In this document: positions 1 to 8,985 of the stretch, one piece after another
How positions within the stretch are numbered: the first letter of the stretch is position 1
How the letters are laid out: the number at the start of each line of letters is the position of its first letter
Assembly (NCBI GenBank): GCA_021816845.1
Contig: JAKAWT010000001.1
Location: 198,087-262,086, forward strand
DNA: 64,000 nucleotides
Source: a bacterium
GTDB lineage: Bacteria > Patescibacteriota > Dojkabacteria > JAKAPS01 > JAJZLI01
Direction of reading: 5' to 3'
Notes under the pieces: model-generated
The model's database searches: none
Told to the model about the DNA's origin: nothing
Seen by the model: the letters and a program-made list of their open reading frames with translations, nothing else
Position numbers and translations under genes: made by a program

Positions 1-723
1 TCCCCCATTGGATTCCAAGGAAAGAAAGTTACCTTAAGTATATATTTTGTCTATACACCATTGGTTTTTGCAGGAGCTCTAGATGACATATTAAAACAAT
101 TAGATCTAACACCAATTATTACAGCTGTACAACCATTCGCCATAGCAAGATCAGTAAAAGGTAGTAGAGATTTAAATTTTGATGCTATCATAATCGATGT
201 TGGCGGAGGTACAACAGATATAGCATTAGTAACACAAGGGAGTTTTCAAGATACAAAGATGTTTGCAATGGGAGGAAGATCTTTTACAAAAAGAATTGCA
301 TCAGACCTACAAATATCTTATGAAGATGCAGAAAAAATTAAAATAGAATATGCAGAAATGGATATAGATAAATCGTTATCTCTAAAGGTAAGAGATGCTA
401 TAAAAAAAGATTTAGATTTGTGGATATCTGGCATTGAGATATCCTTGGAGGATATGGAAGATGTCAAAGTATATCCAGATCAGATATTACTTTGTGGAGG
501 AGGATCAAAACTTCAGGAAATAAGATCCAAACTTGTTGAGTACCCATGGTCAGTAATATTACCATTCCACAGAAATCCGAAGATAAACTTCTTATCTCCA
601 GAGAAAATTGATGGTATAGTAGATAAGACATTACAGTTAACAAGACCTGAAGATGTAACACCTGTAGCATTAGCAAGAATAGTACTAGATATTATGAAAG
701 ATGATGTAATAGTTGCAATATAA
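1..723 (+). CDS. FtsA/PilM-like actin-fold ATPase (5'-truncated by window edge)
   Basis: Frame is open from base 1 (SPIGFQGKKVTL...). Actin-fold motifs IIIDVGGGTTD, GGRSFT and LCGGGS are present. Confidence 0.8.
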   Translation, partial: SPIGFQGKKVTLSIYFVYTPLVFAGALDDILKQLDLTPIITAVQPFAIARSVKGSRDLNFDAIIIDVGGGTTDIALVTQGSFQDTKMFAMGGRSFTKRIASDLQISYEDAEKIKIEYAEMDIDKSLSLKVRDAIKKDLDLWISGIEISLEDMEDVKVYPDQILLCGGGSKLQEIRSKLVEYPWSVILPFHRNPKINFLSPEKIDGIVDKTLQLTRPEDVTPVALARIVLDIMKDDVIVAI

Positions 724-726
724 AAT

Positions 727-2556
727 ATGAAAGATACTAAAGTATTTGTCGATTTAGATGACGAAATAACATTTGTAGCAGAAAAAATACTTAAATCCCA
801 AACAAATAGGGTTATACTTGTAGTACCTGAAAGATCTGGGATAATATCATCTCAAATCGGACTTAAAATGTTAAAGAAAGTAGTTGACAAGAATGATAAA
901 GATATCATTCTTGTAACTATGGATGAAAAAGGTAGAAATATAGCTACAGCCTCAGGATTTATATCATTACAAAGGATAGGAGATGTCACAGAGGAAACAT
1001 GGAAAAATGCGATTGACCTTAAAAAACGTTTGAATGAAGCATCAAAGTTATCAAGAAAAGAACCTTATGGATCTGATATATATGCAGCTGTAGATAACCT
1101 AGAAATTAAAGAAAGTATACCTGAAACACATGCATTTGAAGAAAGTGAAGAAGAAAAAGAATCTTTAAAGGATGATAATATAGAAAAACTAACTCTTAAC
1201 AAAGATCCTAAAATATTCAATAATTCAAAAAAAGTTTCACTTGAAGGATTTGATCTACTTGTTGGAGGGGATATAGCATCAGATAGCAATAAAAATGAAC
1301 CAAATTTTGATTTTGTAGAAGATAAAAAAGATAATTTTAAAAGAACATTTACAAAAAAAGATAAAGTGGAAGAAAAGAAAAAAGTCATTCCCCCTAACCT
1401 ATTTAAGAGTCCTATTTTTACGAAAAATAAAAATTTTGCAAGAAATAATAAAATAATAGTAGGAGTAGTGATACTTATTCTATTAGTTATATTTATAATA
1501 TATTTTCTTTTTTTAACAAAAGCGAATATTACTATATTGATGAAAGGAAATAAGATATCAGGAACTACTACAATAATAGCAGATCCAAATATATCATCAA
1601 TTTCTCCTTCAGGTATGAAGATACCATCCAGTGTAATAACAGCTACAGAATCAGGTTCGCAATATGCAAATACAACAGGTACCAAAACAGTTTCCTCTGG
1701 ATCATATGCAACTGGTACAGTAACACTTGCAAATTATAATACCTCACAATCTGTTACAGTTCCTCAAGGAACTGTTTTAACAGCAACGGATGGATATACT
1801 TGTACTACTGATAGCTCAGTGTCTGTTCCTCAACAGTCTTCCCCAATATCAGCTCCAGGGACTGTAAATGTTAATGTAACAGCACAAACTAATACAGCTG
1901 AGGGTCAAGGCAAAACTTGGTCTGTTCAAGGGATATCAAATATTACTGGATATAATCAAAACGCTTTTTCTGCAGGTAACTATACCTCTAAGACAGAACA
2001 AGTAGTATCAGCTCAAGATCAAACTAATCTAGAGAATTCTCTATCTCAAAAACTTTTCCAGGAAGGTGATACAAAACTTACTTCAGAAGTAGGAAATGGG
2101 CTTGTATTTGTACCTTCATCAGTAAAAAATGTTGTCATAAACACAACATTTGATAATCAACCTGGGACTGTAGCTCAAGTCCTAAATCTGTCAGAACAAA
2201 CAAAAAGCGAAGGACAGGCTTACAGTAAAGCCAATATATCTAAAGTACTTGGAAGTGGTTTAACAACAAATCAAAATACTATAAAATCAATTAAGTATAC
2301 TATAAAATCAGTATCTGTAAACCCGAATGGAACAATACAAATAGATGTATCATATTCTGGAATAGAGTTTAAGAATTTGAATACAACAAATATAATATCA
2401 AAGATAAAAGGTAAATCTTTTAATTTTGCAAAGACAGAAATTCTAAAAAATAAGGGTGCAGAAAGTGTTAAAATTGTAGATAACCCATCTATATTCTCAA
2501 TATTTGGATTATTACCAGCACAACCAGAATCAATTAAAATAAATATAAAAAACTAA
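727..2556 (+). CDS. Single-pass membrane protein with extracellular baseplate J/gp47-like domain
   Basis: Cytoplasmic N-domain (DDEIT...VILVVP), acidic linker, one TM helix (IIVGVVILILLVIFIIYFLFL), then ATGTVTLAN...VPQGTVL, typical of baseplate-J-like domains. Directly follows the FtsA-like gene. Confidence 0.65.
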   Translation: MKDTKVFVDLDDEITFVAEKILKSQTNRVILVVPERSGIISSQIGLKMLKKVVDKNDKDIILVTMDEKGRNIATASGFISLQRIGDVTEETWKNAIDLKKRLNEASKLSRKEPYGSDIYAAVDNLEIKESIPETHAFEESEEEKESLKDDNIEKLTLNKDPKIFNNSKKVSLEGFDLLVGGDIASDSNKNEPNFDFVEDKKDNFKRTFTKKDKVEEKKKVIPPNLFKSPIFTKNKNFARNNKIIVGVVILILLVIFIIYFLFLTKANITILMKGNKISGTTTIIADPNISSISPSGMKIPSSVITATESGSQYANTTGTKTVSSGSYATGTVTLANYNTSQSVTVPQGTVLTATDGYTCTTDSSVSVPQQSSPISAPGTVNVNVTAQTNTAEGQGKTWSVQGISNITGYNQNAFSAGNYTSKTEQVVSAQDQTNLENSLSQKLFQEGDTKLTSEVGNGLVFVPSSVKNVVINTTFDNQPGTVAQVLNLSEQTKSEGQAYSKANISKVLGSGLTTNQNTIKSIKYTIKSVSVNPNGTIQIDVSYSGIEFKNLNTTNIISKIKGKSFNFAKTEILKNKGAESVKIVDNPSIFSIFGLLPAQPESIKINIKN

Positions 2557-2571
2557 CTTTATAGAATCATA

Positions 2572-2596
2572 AAGGACATACATGATGTATGCCCTT
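2572..2596 (-). terminator. Hairpin between convergent genes, probable terminator
   Basis: Minus strand AAGGGCATAC-ATCAT-GTATGTCCTT stem with one G-U pair, just downstream of the RRM gene stop. Confidence 0.5.
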
Positions 2597-2616
2597 ATAT
2601 GAATGAGAATATTAGA

Positions 2617-2889
2617 TTAATATCTATTATTTTCTCTTGGTTCTCTTGGTCTAGCCTCATTAACTACGATATTTCGACCGTCTAATGTACTATTGTTTAA
2701 CTCAGAAACTGCTCTTTGTGCATCTTCTTCTGTTTCCATTTCAACAAAACCAAAGCCTTTGCCTTGTCCTGTAACTTTATCCATTATTACTTTAGCTGAA
2801 ACAACTTTTCCAACTTTAGCAAAAACTTCTTCAAGCTCTGCATCTGTGATGCTGTATGGGAGCTTACCAACAAATAAATTCTTTGCCAT
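2617..2889 (-). CDS. RRM (RNP-1) RNA-binding protein
   Basis: RNP2 LFVGKL, RNP1 KGFGFVEM, C-terminal VNEARPRE. Confidence 0.95.
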   Translation of the reverse strand: MAKNLFVGKLPYSITDAELEEVFAKVGKVVSAKVIMDKVTGQGKGFGFVEMETEEDAQRAVSELNNSTLDGRNIVVNEARPREPRENNRY

Positions 2890-3221
2890 GATCTTTAAAA
2901 AAATAAAATAAAAATGACTAAATCAAAATCCATGTACATAAATAAAGGTTAGCAATTCCTTTATATTAGATCCTTTAAACCTATCGACCATAATAAATAT
3001 TATTATAATCAATTACATAATTAATACTAAATATGGATCACTAAGTCTTGAGGATTCTTGTATTTAAAAATACATATACATTAATTTTAAAAATTGCCTA
3101 ATAAACTTTCTCGCTAGAAATTGAATATTATGTTTTATTGTACAACAAATCTTCTATTATTGAAAGGGCCTGTCATATTATATATCATATATGCCATTTT
3201 TTAACATCTATTTCTTTTTCA

Positions 3222-5477
3222 CTATCTCTTTAATCCGAGTTTTTTAAACATATCTTTAGTATCATCTTGTTTTTTAGCTTCTACCCCTTTGGATATAGGT
3301 AATGTAAAAGAAAACGTAGATCCTTCACCTTCCTTTGAATCTACCCATACCCTACCTCCATGTTTTTCAATAATCCCTTTAACAACATATAACCCTAATC
3401 CTGTACCACCAGGTCTTACAAGTAGATATCTTGGATCATTAGGATCCCCAGTATAATTATTAAGCCTATGAAATTTTTGGAATAATTTTGGTACATCATC
3501 GACAGCAATACCTATCCCTTGATCTTTAATGTGAACCGTCAGTTCTTTATTGTTCTCTTCTATAGATATAACAATAGTTCCTTTCTCTGAATATTTTATT
3601 GCATTTGAAATAAGATTACCTAACACCTCCTCAATCCTTGTTTTATCAGCAAACACCTGGTGCTTTATACCTTTATCCTTATATTCTATCTTTAGACCCT
3701 TTGATTCTGCATCTCTACCAAATCCTATCAGCTGTGACTCTATCATTGAAGATATATCAATGTATTCTGGTAATATTGTTATATCTGTCTTACCTAATCT
3801 TGATGCTTCAAGGAGGGTATTAACTATTCTTATTTCATTCTCTATACTTTCCACTGTTCTAGAAGTATATCTATCCAGTCTTTCCATATCATCTCTATAT
3901 TCCCTACCCTTTAATTTTATCTTAAGTTCATCAACTAAAGCTTTAGCCATATATGCATTACCTTTAACAATAGTTGCTGGAGTTCTTAATTCGTGTGAAG
4001 CAATAGACAGTAAATCATCTTTAAGTTTATCTAAGCTGGCAAGATCCTCATTAGCTTTCTTAAGCTCGACATTCTTTTTATTTAGTTCTAATGTAGCTTC
4101 TTTTACTTTTCCCTCTAAATGATTATTAAAGTCCAATACTTCCTTATATAATCTTAAATTTGTTATAAAGATTGCAATTTGTACCTTTAGTTGGCGCAAT
4201 ATCTTTATATCGTTTGTATAATATGGATCACCCGATTTCTTCCTACCAAGGAGAATCAAACATAAAAGATTATTATCAGAAATTATTGGTAATATAATAT
4301 CTACATCTGACATGTTTAAACTTTCAAAATTTTCATCCTCAGATTCACTTAGTAAAAATATATCCTTTAAATTTGATAACTTGGAGAAATTCTCTCTAAT
4401 TAAATTATTGTCTATACCTAAAGAGTGGATATCTAATGAAGCATCTGATGCTACAATTACAAATGCTATTTTAGATATACCAAATATTTTTTCTATGGAT
4501 TTACTAAATATAGAGAAAAACTTATCTATATCTATATTAGTATTAATTGACTCAAGTAAATGATCTATCTCTTCTTTGGTATTACTGATTCTTTTAAATA
4601 TAACCTTATCCAGAACTTGCTGTGATAATTCATGAAAAAGAGGAAATAATATAACAATTAAAGTAGAAAATAATATTTCAATAAATAGTTCTATCAGAGT
4701 AAGTTGAAAATTTAAAACATAATCTATTAAAAGATCAAATAAAACAAGGAGTATAAAGCTTGAAAGGTATATTAGTATATTCCTTATAGCGATGGTCATA
4801 TTGAATAATCTTTGTCTTATAATTGCGTATGATATTAAGAAGAAGATAAATACTGGATATAAATTTTCCAATAAAAGATTAAATTCTGTATTATGGAAAA
4901 ATAAAGGTAAAGTAACATTAAATATCAATACACTAATAAAGAAGAATGAAAACCCAAAAAGTATATATTTTATCTGTGCTTTTTCTTGGCTAATACTTTG
5001 CTTATATTTTATATAAAAATTCCTTATTATAAGAGTTATGTTAAAAATATTAGCTATAAGAAAAAATGCAATACCTATATTAACTGTAGGAGTTATTGTT
5101 GGATGTAGATGTACCCCAGAAAATGTTAGAGGAGAAAAAATTAATAAACTAAAAAGTAATTCATATAACAAAAATAAGAGTACTATTTTTTCTTCCTTTT
5201 TCCAGATATTTTGGGTTAAGAAAGATCTAGAGAAAAAATAAATAGATATAATTAAAGAGAATCCTAAAAAAACAGTCAACCTGATAAATAATAACGTAAG
5301 TGATCTGGAGTTAGATGTAAATGAATAATAGTCTACTATATTAAGAGCAAAGAAAAAAATTGTAACTATTAAAAAGGATACATTTTTATACACTCTTTTT
5401 CCATTAAAGAATACAAAAAATCCAAAAATAAGGATAATAAATGCTGATATAAATGTCGATAATAATGAGAAATTCAT
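3222..5477 (-). CDS. Membrane sensor histidine kinase (N-terminal HisKA_7TM-like region, GAF, HisKA, HATPase)
   Basis: About 9 hydrophobic segments, GAF-like LGRKKSGDPY, H-box ASHELRTP, N-box NLISNAIKY, DQGIGI and GGTGLGL. Confidence 0.92.
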   Translation of the reverse strand: MNFSLLSTFISAFIILIFGFFVFFNGKRVYKNVSFLIVTIFFFALNIVDYYSFTSNSRSLTLLFIRLTVFLGFSLIISIYFFSRSFLTQNIWKKEEKIVLLFLLYELLFSLLIFSPLTFSGVHLHPTITPTVNIGIAFFLIANIFNITLIIRNFYIKYKQSISQEKAQIKYILFGFSFFFISVLIFNVTLPLFFHNTEFNLLLENLYPVFIFFLISYAIIRQRLFNMTIAIRNILIYLSSFILLVLFDLLIDYVLNFQLTLIELFIEILFSTLIVILFPLFHELSQQVLDKVIFKRISNTKEEIDHLLESINTNIDIDKFFSIFSKSIEKIFGISKIAFVIVASDASLDIHSLGIDNNLIRENFSKLSNLKDIFLLSESEDENFESLNMSDVDIILPIISDNNLLCLILLGRKKSGDPYYTNDIKILRQLKVQIAIFITNLRLYKEVLDFNNHLEGKVKEATLELNKKNVELKKANEDLASLDKLKDDLLSIASHELRTPATIVKGNAYMAKALVDELKIKLKGREYRDDMERLDRYTSRTVESIENEIRIVNTLLEASRLGKTDITILPEYIDISSMIESQLIGFGRDAESKGLKIEYKDKGIKHQVFADKTRIEEVLGNLISNAIKYSEKGTIVISIEENNKELTVHIKDQGIGIAVDDVPKLFQKFHRLNNYTGDPNDPRYLLVRPGGTGLGLYVVKGIIEKHGGRVWVDSKEGEGSTFSFTLPISKGVEAKKQDDTKDMFKKLGLKR

Positions 5478-6973
5478 ACTTTTATTTTTTTAAATTTTAC
5501 TTTATTATCAGTTGCAAAAGAGTTATCTTTTGAGAATTCTTCATAAGAGATTATAGGTTCAACTTTTTTTCCAAAAGTGTTATGCAGTTTAGAATATTCA
5601 CTATTTATATTTTTTAGATTAGAAATTATATATTTTTTTATATAATTAGTATCTATAGTATTAATAGTATAACCTTTTTTTATCTCTAGATTAAGTAGGA
5701 ATTTTGGGTTTTGATTTTTATCAATATCAACTCTTGCCTGAAATTTACCAGTAATATAACTCAGAAGTTCAAAAGAATTTGTAATATCTTTTATATTATC
5801 TATATATATATTAACTGAATATATTGTAATAATAACATCAGATCTTCCACTTAAATAAAGGCAAGGAAGCTTAAGATCATTAGTTTTTATATTTATATTT
5901 ATTTTTTTTGCAATATCAGATAGGAGATATATACCTCCTTTATCTTTTGTATCATATCTTAGAAATGGCATCACATCAAATAATGTTAATACTATAGTAC
6001 CATCAATTGCTTCCATATATTTAGATAAAGGATTGTACTGAGCTAAAGTTGGATATAATTTAGTTTTAAATATTTTTTCTACTAGAGATCTGTCTCTAGA
6101 TTGTTTTATTTTATACACTATATCCTTAGTGATATTAGTATCAGTAGCTAACACTCCAGATTCAGAAGATGCGGCTAAATTGCAAATAAATCTATTATTC
6201 CCTACTTTACCCAATAGATTCAGAATATATTGTCTCCATCCTAGTGTAAAACCTTCTCCTCCTGCATATATATATATATCTTTTTTATCAATTTCAATAT
6301 GGGATAATACAGCTTCATCAAGAATATCTTTAATAAAGCTTGGATATCCAATAATAACCATTTGATCATATTCACTATTTATAAAATTATTTAAAATTTT
6401 TACACACTCCTCTATATTCAACCCTGGGGTAACTACAGAAAAACCAGTGTTTTTATATGAAATTAACAATGCTAAGGCAGTTATTTGACTAGACGCACTC
6501 CATATCCCTAATCCTACAGTAACCATAAATAATGTCCTTTTCCCTTGGATGTGGAAATTATATTCAAGTGAAAGTTCTAATGTTTCTGCCATATCAATAT
6601 CCTTGATTGCTGCCCTAGCTAAATATATAGGAACACCAGAAGACCCAGAAGAACTTGTAATAGATGATACCTCGGACATATCTGTTACAAGTTCTTCTAA
6701 TGGGTATTTTGTTATATAGTTATCTTTTGATGTTAAAGGTAGTTTTTTAAAATCTTCTATAGTATTTATATTATCAATATTAATATTATGTTTTTGTAAA
6801 AACTTTACATATGCTTTAACTTTAGGAGCATAAATCTTAAAATTATTAATTATATTATCTTCACTTTGCTTCACTATATCTTTTTCAGAAATATCTTGGA
6901 ATTTTTTTATTGTATCTCTAATATCAGTATTAAAATACTCATTTAGCTTATTACGGAAATCTTTATTATTCAT
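5474..6973 (-). CDS. Phenylacetate-CoA ligase (PaaK)-like adenylate-forming enzyme
   Basis: KLPLTSK, P-loop SSSGSSGVP, GYPSF, GGEGF, RYDTKD and GRSD. ATGA overlaps with both neighbours. Confidence 0.85.
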   Translation of the reverse strand: MNNKDFRNKLNEYFNTDIRDTIKKFQDISEKDIVKQSEDNIINNFKIYAPKVKAYVKFLQKHNINIDNINTIEDFKKLPLTSKDNYITKYPLEELVTDMSEVSSITSSSGSSGVPIYLARAAIKDIDMAETLELSLEYNFHIQGKRTLFMVTVGLGIWSASSQITALALLISYKNTGFSVVTPGLNIEECVKILNNFINSEYDQMVIIGYPSFIKDILDEAVLSHIEIDKKDIYIYAGGEGFTLGWRQYILNLLGKVGNNRFICNLAASSESGVLATDTNITKDIVYKIKQSRDRSLVEKIFKTKLYPTLAQYNPLSKYMEAIDGTIVLTLFDVMPFLRYDTKDKGGIYLLSDIAKKININIKTNDLKLPCLYLSGRSDVIITIYSVNIYIDNIKDITNSFELLSYITGKFQARVDIDKNQNPKFLLNLEIKKGYTINTIDTNYIKKYIISNLKNINSEYSKLHNTFGKKVEPIISYEEFSKDNSFATDNKVKFKKIKV

Positions 6974-8061
6974 TTTACTACCTCTTCTAAATTTAGAAAT
7001 ACTTTATTATTTATTTTATTACCCAGAACTATTTGCTTTATAGCATAAGTAACGAAAACCCCAGTCAATGATGATGCCAATTTTAACTGTGACATCCAAG
7101 AAATTTCTCCTTTGGACATAGATACTATATGTCCCATAAATCTCTCTGGATATTTTTCTAGATTCAATATTTTTGGGATTATTTGACCCATCTCGATTAA
7201 GGTCAATTTTTCACTATTTTCTATTCTATCAAGTTCACTAATAGGTAATACTCCAAAGAATATTGGATCTTCTGGAGTCTCTACATTAAGAAGTAACCCA
7301 TTGCCTATATCTGTACCCATAACAACTGTAACACCATATTTCTTAGCAAGCCTTCTTAATGTTATTTTTGAAGATATAGAGTCAAAAGCGTCAATAACAA
7401 AATCAAGTTTGAATTCAGATAATAAAAAATCTTCAAGATTATTTTTTGAGATAGGTTCTTCATAGAATTTAATATTGTAATAAGGATTTAATTTTAATAT
7501 TCTTCTTCCCACTAACTGTGTTTTAATAAGTCCTATTTCATCAATTCCTCCATCCAACCTATTAAGGTTGGATCCTGATAGAGTATCAAAATCTGCAAGT
7601 TTTAAATTTTTTGAAATACCTGCGCCAACGAGAGATAATGCACTTGACTGCCCCACACTAAGACCTATAATCCCAATATTCACTTTCCTTAGAATTTCAT
7701 GCTCTTCCTTTGTCACCATATTCCTATTCCTTGCTGTGATAAGTTTATAATGTAAATCATCTGATAAACATGCAACCAATTTTTTATCCCAAGGAAAATA
7801 AACCCAATTAAATTTATCATCCAAAGACTTCTTAAATTTTTTGAATTCCTCTATGTATAAATTAGAATTCTTTAAGATATGGGGATATTCTACTTCAAAT
7901 ATTTCTTCAGAAAGTAAATCTCTTTTATCATATATAGAGTTTATCTCCATTTTTCTTATTAAAGATTCTAAACTATGATTCTTACAAGGATAAAAGATTA
8001 AATTGGAGTTTTCACCCAAAAATTGGTTACCTTTATTTTTTAATAATCCAACACTGATCAT
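6970..8061 (-). CDS. ThiF/E1-like adenylyltransferase, Rv1355c-like N-terminus, no nitroreductase domain
   Basis: WVYFPW...RNRN, GIIGLSVG and LADFDTLSGSNLNR. Start moved from GTG 8118 to ATG 8061, which lies 7 nt after a TATACT box. Confidence 0.85.
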   Translation of the reverse strand: MISVGLLKNKGNQFLGENSNLIFYPCKNHSLESLIRKMEINSIYDKRDLLSEEIFEVEYPHILKNSNLYIEEFKKFKKSLDDKFNWVYFPWDKKLVACLSDDLHYKLITARNRNMVTKEEHEILRKVNIGIIGLSVGQSSALSLVGAGISKNLKLADFDTLSGSNLNRLDGGIDEIGLIKTQLVGRRILKLNPYYNIKFYEEPISKNNLEDFLLSEFKLDFVIDAFDSISSKITLRRLAKKYGVTVVMGTDIGNGLLLNVETPEDPIFFGVLPISELDRIENSEKLTLIEMGQIIPKILNLEKYPERFMGHIVSMSKGEISWMSQLKLASSLTGVFVTYAIKQIVLGNKINNKVFLNLEEVVK

Positions 8062-8170
8062 TAAAAAAAGTATATTATAAAAAATGAAAAAAAGATACAA
8101 AGTGAATATTATTGACACTTATTAATACCTACTATAATAGTTAATTTAGGAATTAGAAAAAATAGAAATA

Positions 8171-8908
8171 TTAATTCGAGGATATTGTTATCTTGTTTAT
8201 ATATATATTAGATAAAGGTCTGTGATGAGCAGATTTATTTACAGGAATATCATTAATCTCCTTAACAACACTCATTCCTTTTATAACTTTTCCAAATGCG
8301 GTATAAAGCCCATTTAGCCTTCCTTCTTTAGCTACTGTTATAAAAAATTGACTCCCATTAGTGTTAGGCCCTGAATTTGCCATTGCCAAAGTACCTGCAT
8401 TAATAGGGATAGATTGTACACTATAATCATATGTATAACCCTGTTTTTTATAAGCATTAATCAATAATTGAGGAATTCCCAAACTTATTGGGTTTATTTG
8501 GTCATTGAATTTATAACCTGGTCCTCCATTACCTTGTCCAGTAGGTGAACCTGTCTGATCCATAAACCCTTTAATCACTCTCGTAAATATAACATTATTA
8601 TAAAATCCTGACTCAGATAAAAATACAAAATTATTAACTGCTAAAGGTGCGGCTTTAGGATATAATACTACCTTTATATTACCATACGAAGTTTGTATAT
8701 TTGCTGTATAATTTTTACTTTTATTAATACAAAATTTAGGATAACTACTATAACTTTTTACAGATGGTTGATAAACTATATTGCATGGATTTTGAGTAAA
8801 CAATTTTCCACTTTTTGAAAAATATGAAAATGTTATCAAAAACCCAACTACTATTATTAATAATATATATAATGCTAGCACTCTTTTGGATACATTCGAT
8901 TTTTCCAT
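8171..8908 (-). CDS. Membrane-anchored cyclophilin-type peptidyl-prolyl isomerase
   Basis: APLAVNNFVFL, FTRVIKGFMDQTG and LAMANSGPNTNGSQFFIT, with an N-terminal TM helix. Start placed at MEKSNV after TGgTATCCT. Confidence 0.92.
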   Translation of the reverse strand: MEKSNVSKRVLALYILLIIVVGFLITFSYFSKSGKLFTQNPCNIVYQPSVKSYSSYPKFCINKSKNYTANIQTSYGNIKVVLYPKAAPLAVNNFVFLSESGFYNNVIFTRVIKGFMDQTGSPTGQGNGGPGYKFNDQINPISLGIPQLLINAYKKQGYTYDYSVQSIPINAGTLAMANSGPNTNGSQFFITVAKEGRLNGLYTAFGKVIKGMSVVKEINDIPVNKSAHHRPLSNIYINKITISSN

Positions 8909-8985
8909 ATACGCTAAAGGATACCATAAATTACCATGTTTCTCAATTCGATAAAATATGTTAATATTCTTTATATACAAACATT

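Noticed and set aside
1065-1685. 206-aa minus-strand ORF
   Set aside because: Antisense shadow of the baseplate-J-like gene with no recognisable motifs.
727-2556. Prophage or contractile injection system
   Set aside because: No capsid, terminase, sheath, tube or integrase genes; the protein is membrane-anchored in a housekeeping context.
3550-4122. 190-aa plus-strand ORF
   Set aside because: Antisense shadow of the histidine kinase.
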